DNA of 64,000 nucleotides from Octopus sinensis. Its lineage: Eukaryota. Shown here piece by piece: positions 52,474-61,900 of this stretch. The notes below the pieces were generated by a model that was not told the origin of the DNA, did not search any database, and saw only the letters and a list, made by a program, of their open reading frames with translations. The DNA is taken from the NCBI RefSeq assembly GCF_006345805.1, contig NC_042997.1, positions 202,120,001 to 202,184,000 of the forward strand, given 5' to 3'. The stretch's first letter is position 1. Each line of letters opens with the position of its first letter. Both the position numbers and the translations under genes were made by a program.

Positions 52474-52928
52474 ACATTATTTACATCATTTACAATTGAT
52501 GGATATTTGTCCTCATCTTGTTTGTTGTTAACACAATGTTTCGACTAATATACCCTCCAGCCTTCATCAGATGTCTTGGGGAAATTTTGAACCTGGGTTC
52601 TCATTCCTAAGGAATTTTTCAATGTTGTTGTTATTATTATTATAACCACTAGGCCATATGCCCACGGGCATATGGCATAGTGGTTAAGAATGCAGGCTAC
52701 TAACCCCAATATTCCGAGTTCAATTCCAGGCAGTGATCCGAAAATAATGATAATAATAATAATGATAATTATAATAATAATAACAACATCGAAAAATACC
52801 TTAGGAATGAGAACACCGGTTCAAAATTTCCCCAAGACATCTGATGAAGGCTGGGGGGTATATCAGCTGAAACATTGTGTTAACAACAAACAAGATGAGG
52901 ACAAATATCCGTCATATGTAAATAATGT
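52474..52928. mobile_element. tRNA-headed element with a hammerhead-like 3' part (+) preceded by an inverted partial copy (-)
   Basis: Arms of about 160 bp (52474-52642 and about 52768-52928) are reverse complements. The centre has an A box TGGCATAGTGG and B box GAGTTCAATTCC. CTGATGA...GAAA occurs in both arms. Confidence 0.75.
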
Positions 52929-55249
52929 TAGATAAATAAAGTTGAACATTTATATATGTTTTAACATTATCATGATAAAATAGATGTGAAATGAATATTA
53001 ACAAAGTATTTATATTTAATTTCTATGTTCTGTTATTATAATTATGAAAAATGTGGATGCATTCTCCATACATACAAATCTGTAATTTAAAAAGTTTTTT
53101 TTATTTTTTGGCAATTTAAATTCCAAGTCTGCAACTGATTTGAAAGAATATGACAACTTTAAATCTGGAATAATTAATGACAACCATTATACCTATAATT
53201 ATAAGTATCAATATACCTATAGATAGGTAGTAGCTAGATAGCTATAAGTACACACATACACGCACATGTCTATATCTAAGCCTTTTATGTCAGCTAATTA
53301 CCTACTTGTCACACAAAGTGAAAGATGAAATTAATCCATTGTCACAAAACAGTATTGAACATGCAATCATTTGTTTTGGAAATATGTCATTTTATCAGCT
53401 TAATGTTATCGCAATTATTGATCACATGACAACTCTAATTTCGCTGTCATTTTATCAAAACAACCAGAAAATTACAATATGAAATCTGTATAGTAATTAA
53501 AACAGTTACGAGGTTTTACTATTATTATTACTATTATTATCGTTATTATCGTTTCCAATAATTTGTCTAACTAGAAGATGTATTGTAAGTTGGTGTAGAA
53601 GCGGACACGAATATAATTACATTTGTGATGTTCAATGGCTCACTCGACGGTATTATGTGATGAAGAAAGGAAAATCCACATGATATGTAAATAAAAATCA
53701 AATTTAAGTGTAATCCTATATTGGCTTCTTGTGGTGATGTGGAAGAAATTAAACTCCTATTTTAAATCATACTTAATGCACTTAAAGCTCTGTTAAACAC
53801 TTCTACAACTTTTACAAATGTTATCAAATTGGTTTGGTTTCTTTTTTTTAAATATATATATATTTTGGTTGAAGGAGGAGTAGGAGGAGGAAGAGCTATA
53901 TAGTAACTGCAGGCCACGCTAGATCGGTTGGTTGATAAAGGATTATGCGTATGTGTGTATTAATAACTGTCTACATGTATTTGTATGTGTATGTGTACAA
54001 GGGTGAGAGAGTGTGTCCAGGTACATATGTATGTTTACGTATGCTGTATATGTGGATATGTTTATGTACATGTGTATGAGTAAATATATGTATGCTTGAA
54101 TGTCTATACATGTGTGCAAGTGAGTATGTATATGCGAGTTCACGTCTAAGTATATATGCTGTGTATTTGTGTGCGAATGGAAAATCTATCCTGGCTTAAG
54201 TTTGTTGTTTACATCATTCAATGCAAATATTAGTATTGTTTAGTGAAAACCATTTGGCTGAGGCCTTTCAAAATGGTTTCTGGAATTATTAATTACTACA
54301 AAACCACTTGAGTTTAGTTTATTCGTTAAATAATAGTTTTTAATTAATCCATTAATACATATTTTACATTACATTAATTTAAAATAAGCTGACCTGAGGC
54401 GAGACAACAATAATTAACAACAGTCTAAGTTTAATTAATTTCGTTATCATTTTCATTCCTAATTTTCCATCTCAATTCCAAAGAGAATGTTTTATAAAAT
54501 TGTGGCTCTGGAACTTTACGCAAAAGGGGAATAGCTATATGAATATGTATCATGTGCAAGTTTAGGGTGGTATGTAGCTAGAATTGCTAGAAGGTTGTAA
54601 AAAAAAATAATAATTTGTAGTAATTTTTCTGGATCTTTGTGCTTGGGGTTCAAATCCTACCGAGGTCAGCTTTCCCTTTAATTCCCCCAGGGGCAATAAA
54701 AAACATAGCCCCAGTTAAATATTGCTTTTAAATTTTGGCACAAGGCAAACAATTTCAGAGGAGGAGGCGGGTCGATTACACCGACTCCAGTGGTACTTAT
54801 CGATCCTGGAAAGATGAAAGACAAAGTCAACCTCAGCAGGATTTTAACTCAGATATAAGGACAGACGAAATGACACTAAGCATTTTCCCCCACCATGCTA
54901 ACAATTCTGCCAGCTCACCTCCTTGCGCCAATTAAATATTGCAGTCAATTTAGTTGACTGACTGTTCCTCCACCAAAGTTCTATCCTATGTTAGAAACTA
55001 TTTTCTTGGACAATTTTAAAGGTTTAAGTGTTGGGAATACCCTGTGTCTATCTGATATTTCTTGAATTATTTGTGGAATTTGCAATAAAAGTTATGGTCC
55101 ACTTAGTTGTATTGTTTAAGAAATAGAAATATGAGTCAGGAAACACTTGACCAGTTTTGGAATATCTTCTTCATTGGTAGGAGTGGATTCATGTCAAAGA
55201 GAAATGACTTGCTTGACTGCTATCCTGGTAATATTGTCTGTAGATGGAG

Positions 55250-55380
55250 TAGTACCACAATGAATATCACATATCAATGTCCAAGTTCTTCTGTACCACA
55301 AAGAACCTCACAGCAGAGACTCCTCCCCCATGCAGCCCAGGAGACAACCATTTATATCCTCCCAGTTCCTGTCATGCACT
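55250..55380 (-). mobile_element. Possible decayed LINE endonuclease fragment
   Basis: Minus strand QELGGYKWLSPGLHGGGVSAV resembles the GY.W....r.GGGVai motif of APE domains; single motif only. Confidence 0.3.
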
Positions 55381-56221
55381 GTTAATAATATATGGCAATG
55401 TAGATAACTCCCTATCTATATACAATCTCAGAATGAATATCTCAAGTTTGTCTTACATCTTTCATCCAGCTTTTGGAAACTTAATGGTGCAAGGGAATTG
55501 CAAGGATATCATGAAAGATAAACTTTGCAAAGGTTCAGTTTGAATCTTATGCAACTAACCCAGCTGTACTTAGAAACTAAACATTTAGACCAGTAGAGTT
55601 CAGCTGGTCTCTTTGTTTTCAAGAAATTGTTTCATAAAAAGAGGACTAGCAGTGCCCTTGGACCATCTCAGGACATCCAAGACTAACAAGAAGTAAAGAT
55701 GTTACTCTCAGACTAGAGACTTGTTACAAATGATTGTAACAAAGTGGAATCTGCCAAAATCGCTTAAGGACCTGGTGATGCAGTTTTTAATTGGGCAACC
55801 ACTTCAGAACAGATATGGTCCTGTCAGAAGGATTCCACACAGTTTTTATTAGATCGATTTAACAAATGCTTTAGTTAATTCTGGGCTATGGTGGAAGACA
55901 CTTACCTACTATGTCACAGTTGGATCGAACTTAAAACTACATGGTTGTGATACTAACTTCTTAAGTACATAGCAACAAAGATCAACAATAAAACTGAGGC
56001 ATATGGTTCAATCAGAAAATCTTTGTGGATCTGCCCAAAGCTATAGTAGAAAACACTTGCCTAAAGTACTGTACTGTTGAACAGAACCCAGAACCATGTG
56101 GCTGCAAAGTGAGCTCCTTAACCACACAGCCATGCCTGCACTTATGAAAACTATTTCTAATATTTTCCAATGGTATTTAGCGAACAATATTATTTCCCAA
56201 ACTCAACTGTGTTTTGAAAGC

Positions 56222-56428
56222 CTCCTCTGGCCCCTGTGTCCCTGGCATGTAAAAAGCACCCACTACACTCACAGAGTGGTTGGTGTTAGGAAGAGCATCC
56301 AACTGTAGAAACACTGCCAGATCAGACTGGAGCCTGGTGCAGCCTCTTAGCTTCTCAGACCCCAGTTGAACCGTCCAACCCATGCTAGCATGATAAAAGG
56401 ACGTTAAACGATGATGATGATGATGATG
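56222..56428 (+). mobile_element. Truncated RTE 3'-end copy inserted in a locally duplicated segment
   Basis: Family tail. The flanks join up in the uninterrupted paralogue at 58716-58870. Confidence 0.85.
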
Positions 56429-56794
56429 AAAATCTTGTTAAGTCTGTGTTGTTAAACACTTTCCTTTAGATCAAATATTTCTTTCACTATCTGCAATTCT
56501 GTTTTGCTTATACTTTGTGGTTGTTTAACAAAGTCCATGCTGCTACTTCAGCGAAAGCTTATATGTTAATTAGCATCATCTATATTCATTATTCACATAT
56601 ATTTGTTATAAACATTTTTCTTTTTAGCATTTTGCTATGCAGGTTTTATTAAATTAGTTATGCATTATTTTCATTTTGTTCTTGAATCAATATAAAAGTT
56701 TTTGTTTTTAGTGAAGTTGCAGTGTTTTTACAGTTCTGGTTGCAAATGTCTTGAAACATTTCATTTTTTGTTTTTTGCTAATAACTAAAAGACT

Positions 56795-57105
56795 ATGGTT
56801 GCAAATACAAGCAGCAGCTGAAATGGGATTCCTCTGAAAAGGGTCCCTGGAGCAATGCTAGTTGACAGGTTATGTAGCTCAGAGATCAGAGAGCCTTTCC
56901 TCCAAGCTGTGCTGCTGCTTTCTGCATTAAGAGATCACAGCTCCAGCGTTACAGAAAAGTGATTAGAATGTCAGAGGAAAGAATCACATGACAGATTTGT
57001 CAAGCTGAGCCAACCAGCAGGAGATCTAAGGGTAAACCAAGCGGGAGTTGGTGGGATAACATCCATAGTACTAGTTGGTCATGGTTGGGAATCCAGCTGG
57101 AAAAT
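56795..57105 (+). mobile_element. Decayed RTE (Expander/Rex3-like) ORF C-terminal fragment
   Basis: Frame-broken translation IQAAAEMGFL / IKRSQLQRYRKVIRMSEERIT*QICQAEPTSRRSKGKPSGSWWDNI..SWSWLGIQLENV..IASDRSL, resembling IQAAEMxFLRR...IERSQLRWFGHxxRM...GRRPRGRP..RW...WxRLGI...DR. Confidence 0.75.
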
Positions 57106-57317
57106 GTAATGACAATTGCTTCTGATAGGAGCCTGACAACTCTACTGCCATGGCCTTAACACAAATAGTTGGTGAGAAAGTTGGAGGATATAAATGATGG
57201 TGTTGTTTTGTTTTTTTCATCCCATTGCATTGGGCAAGCGTCTTCTACTATAGTTTTGGGCTGAGCAAAGCCTGGTCAGTGGGTTAGGTAGACAGAAACT
57301 GAATGAACCTGAATGAC

Positions 57318-57547
57318 GGTGGCAAGCTGGTAGAAACGTTAGCACGCCGGGTGAAATGCTTAGCGGTATTTAATCTGCCATTATGTTCTGAGTTCAAATT
57401 CTGCCGAGGTCGACTTTACCTTTTATCCTTTCTGGGTCGATAAATTAAGTACCAGTTACACACTGGAGTTGATGTAATTGACTTAATCCTTTGTCTGTCC
57501 TTGTTTGTCCCCTCTATGTTTAGCCCCTTGTGGGCAATAAAGAAATA
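57318..57547 (+). mobile_element. SINE-B inserted in a SINE-A copy with a diverged ~23-bp TSD
   Basis: AGAAACTGAATGAACCTGAATGAC (57294-57317) versus AGAAACTGAATGAACTTCATGAC (57548-57570). The host SINE-A resumes after the insert. Confidence 0.82.
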
Positions 57548-59315
57548 AGAAACTGAATGAACTTCATGACATGTGTGTGCGTGTGTTAGCATCTGAGTTT
57601 GCCCCCACCCCCACCACTTGACAACCAGTGTTGGCGTGTTTACATCACCGTAACTCAACAGTTCAGCAAAAGAAACCAATAAAATAAGCACAAAGCTTCA
57701 AAAGAAAAAATAAGTCCTTGGGTTGAATCATTTCACTAAAAATTCTTCAAGACAGTGCTCCAGCATGGCAGCAGTCTACTAATGGCTGAAACAAGTAAAA
57801 GATAATAAATGATATTCCATCAAATATCAACAATGAAATATCACATTTCATTTCAACCAAATTATGAGTTCAAATTAAAAGGACCTCAGATCTTCTTCTT
57901 CTTCAATTTGGTAATATTCTTTCGCTCTACCATTGCCCCCCCCCCTCCCGTCATATTTGAATCTCTCTCTCCTCACTTCATTTCAGTACTTGATGATTTC
58001 ATTCCTAATAACTTCTGCTTTATTGGTTTATTCATGCACACAGATACTTTGTTATTGATTGCTAGCTCCTTGACTCATATTAGGTCCTCTCCTTGCTCTC
58101 CCAGTCGGTTGATTACATTCATCCATTGAACGAACCCATATTATGCAATTCTAAATGCCAGCAAGAACTTTCTTCTTTTTCCTATTAGACTTTGTTTTTA
58201 TTGCAACATATTTTTGCAAGAAGAAAAGAAAGAAAACTGCATTAAACGTATAAAAGATCAAATTATTGAGAAAAAGAAACCATAACTACCTCACCAATGA
58301 AACAAAGAAAATGCGGGGGTTAAACAGCAGAAGATGGTGGCGGGGAGTAACAGGTTGTACACACCAGAACAAATGGTGTGTTTAGCTGCGCCTCATGGAC
58401 ATGATTGTAAAGGTGGTACCATGGAGAATGGCCAGCAACACTCCCTGCAGCAGCCACCCCACTTTGTAGGACTCATTCCTAAGATGAGCCACAACTGTCC
58501 TAATTTTGTGGAGGAGCATATTTTAATTCATAGCTTAAAACTTATTTAAATCATTGTATAAACTTTATCAATAACAATTAGGATTTTTACTGAGGTATTA
58601 GCTGTTGTATATTGTAGCTTCACAGGGTTGTGTGTAATAGGGTTTACAAGGATGTATGTTTTTATGGCACTGTGCTTAAGAAACTTGCTTTGCAACCATG
58701 TGGTTTTGGATTCAGTGCAAAGTTAGCTTCTTAACCACACAGCCATGTCTGCACTTATGGAAACCATTTCTGATGGTATTTCGAATGGTATTTAGCAAAT
58801 AATATTATTTTCCAAACTCAACTATGTTTTGAAGTCAACATGAAAGCTTGTTAAGTCTGTGTTGTTAAAATGGGCAAGTGTCTTTTACTATAACCTCGAG
58901 TCGGCCAATACCTTGTGAGTAAATTTGGTAGGTGGAAACTGTTGAAGCCTGTCATATATGTATGTTTACAAGGATGTATGTTTTATGGCACTATGATTAA
59001 GAAGCTTACCTTGCAACCATGTGGTTCTGGATTCAGTGTCACCATGTGGCACCTTGGGCAAGTGTCTTTTACTATATATAACCTCAGGTTAACCAATACC
59101 ATGTGAGTAAATTTGGTAGGTGGAAACTGTGTAGAAGCCTGTCATATGCATGTGTGTCTGTGTATCTCATCACCTACTGCTTGATTGTTTGTGTCCCTAT
59201 AACTTAACAGTTTGAAATTTGTGTCCCTGTAACTTAACATTTCAGCAAAAGTGACCAATAAAATAAGGACCAGACTTGAAAATAAGTACTGGGGTTGATT
59301 TGTTTATCTGCAGCC

Positions 59316-59966
59316 CAGTGGTTCTCGACCATTTTTTACCTATGGAACCCAAGTTTGGTTCCTATTTTACTCTGCTAGACCCCCAAAGACATTTGAAGTT
59401 TTAAAAAATCACATATTTTTATAATTAAATATTATGAAGAATTGTATTAAAAAATTACTCATTTACTCTTTTACTTGTTTCAGTCATTTTGACTGTGGCC
59501 ATGCTGGAGCTCCACCTTCAGTCGAGCAAATCGACCCCAGGACTTATTCTTTGTAAGCCTAGTACTTATTCTATCGGTCTTTTTTGCTAAACTGCTAAGT
59601 TATGAGGACGTAAACACACCAGCATCAGTTGTCAAGCGATGTTGGGGGGACAAACACACACATACATATATATATACATATACACGACAGGCTTCTTTCA
59701 GTTTCCGTCTACAAAATCCACTCACAAGGCTTTGGCTGGCCCGAAGTTATAGTAGAAGACACTTGTCCAAGGTGCCACGCAGTGGGACTGAACCCGGAAC
59801 CATGTGGTTCGTAAGCAAGCTACTTACCACACAGCCACTCCTACGACTATTGTTAAAATATTTTGTACATTGGAGAAGTATGACCAATTTATTGTGCATA
59901 AATTTTAACAACTAAGACTTATATGGACCTCTAAGGGTTATGTATACCAAAGTTTGAGAACCACTG
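59316..59966. mobile_element. hAT (Charlie-like) MITE
   Basis: TIRs CAGTGGTTCTCGA / TTGAGAACCACTG, like Charlie/MER20-type ends. It interrupts a SINE-A tail; the 8-bp TSD is not clean. Confidence 0.65.
59463..59842 (-). mobile_element. Young SINE-A copy nested in a hAT-type MITE
   Basis: Full reverse-complement SINE-A with retained CpGs, lying between the MITE's terminal repeats. Confidence 0.85.
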
Positions 59967-60089
59967 GACTGAACACTTCAAGGCAGTCTTCTAGCATCCG
60001 CAGGCCAATGACTGAAACAAGCAAGAGAAAATATATTACAAGTTATCTTCAGGAGAAACTAAAGAAGACATGCTCTGCAGCAAATAATG

Positions 60090-60560
60090 GCCTTGTATCA
60101 TAACAGGAAGAAAATATTGAAGAGGAGAGAATGGATATTTTTGGATCCATTCTTGGCTGTATCACATAACATTTTGAAGGATATGCTTGCACAATCTAGA
60201 AATATGACATTTCTACTAAATAGGGGAAGCGATTTTTTTTTTCCTTTTATTTTCTTTCTTTTTTTTTAAGGAGAATAACCTAAGAGCATCATCTAAATCT
60301 CCAGGATGTAATGAGGAAATATCGAAGATGTAATTCATCTAATCAGTTCTTGCTTCAAATGTCGTCAAGCTTATATATTTTCATTGAAATATGTTACTTA
60401 CGAAGGAGGGGAAAATACATGAGGATTCCCAAAGGAAATCATCAAAGACACTTTATGGAATATATAGAACTCCTTCATAATATTTTAATAAGAAATATTG
60501 CTGCTACATTTTCAATTACAGCTACAATCAAAGCCTGCCTGAAGAGATCTTATGAAGTTC
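60090..60560 (+). mobile_element. Decayed RLE-type non-LTR fragment (R4-like zinc-knuckle region), second lineage
   Basis: Frame-broken peptides IT*HFEGYACTI (60161), CNEE/IEDVIHLISSC (about 60306-60353), MSSSLYI and NKKYCCYIF (60487) follow the order of the post-RT/CCHC region of RLE elements. Assignment is from recalled motif similarity. Confidence 0.55.
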
Positions 60561-61818
60561 TCGAATATAATACATAACAAAAATAGGCAGTGTTGAGAAA
60601 GCTGCAGTACATTAATATTCTTTGAAAATCCACAAAGAGGAAAACTGTTATGGGTGTGAACAGTTGCAACAGAACTTGTGTATATAGATTATGAGCTCAG
60701 TTTCATATACATCCACGTGTGTGTGTGTGTTTAATAAATGTATAACTCAAAGCACTTGCTTTATTTTGTTCATCCAGATTTCAGATTTTCACAGAATAAA
60801 TATATTGGATATTAAATGCAATATAGATTCGTAAACTAACAGAAAGCTACTTAGGATAGCAGGAAACTTTGGTACAAACGTAAGATATAATAATGAAAGC
60901 AGAAAAAAGAAACAGCGTTTGAGCGTTTATCTTCCAGTACTTCAGAACGATAAATCGATGTGTTGTAAAGCTGGTACAAACTAGAAGACACGATGAGAGA
61001 GAGAGAGAGATGAAATGTTAAGTAACACAAACTTTTCATCAGCCATTAGTAGAATTAATGTAGAAGATGTATGTAAGGAAAGAAAATGGAATCTCAGTGA
61101 CAAGAAGGCTTTGAAAGCAGAAGAATAATTTTGTAATCCATGAACTACCGAGAGCTTTTCATTTCAAACTTAGTAGATGTAGATTGTTGGAGGAAATATT
61201 TGAATTCAATGAAAAAGTAGCATCATTATTATTATTATTTAAGGTGGTAAGTTGTCAGAATCATTAACAGGCTGGGCAAAATGCTTAGTGGCATTTCATC
61301 CGTTTTTACATTCTGAGTTCAAATTCCACCAAGACCAACTTTACCTCCCAACCTTTTGTGGGTTGATGAAATAAGTACCAGTTACACACTGGGGTCAGTG
61401 TAATTGACTTATCCCCTCCCCTAAAATTCCAGGCCTTGTCCCTATAGTAGAAAGGATTATTATTATTGTTATCATTATTATTACTTAAGGTGGTGAGCTG
61501 GCAGAATCGTTAGCACCTTGGGCAAAATGCTTTGCAGCTTTTGATCCATCTTTACATTGTGAGTTCAAATTCTGCCATGGTCTACTTTGCTTTCATCCTT
61601 TCAGGGTCGATATAATAAGTATCTGCTGAAAACTGGGGTTGAATTAATCTATTCAATTCCTCCTCCAAAATTGCTGGCCTTATAAAAAATTATGAAATCA
61701 TTATTATTTTTATTATTATTATTCAGTGCAACCTTGGGCAAGTATCTTCAACTATAGCCTCGAGCCGACCAAAGACTTGTGAGTGGATTTGGTAGACGGA
61801 AACTGAAAGAAGCCCGTC

Positions 61819-61892
<74 letters not shown>

Positions 61893-61900
<8 letters not shown>

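Noticed and set aside
58300-58550. GC-richer island with a 71-aa ORF
   Set aside because: No recognisable motifs or splice signals; cannot be classified without a search.
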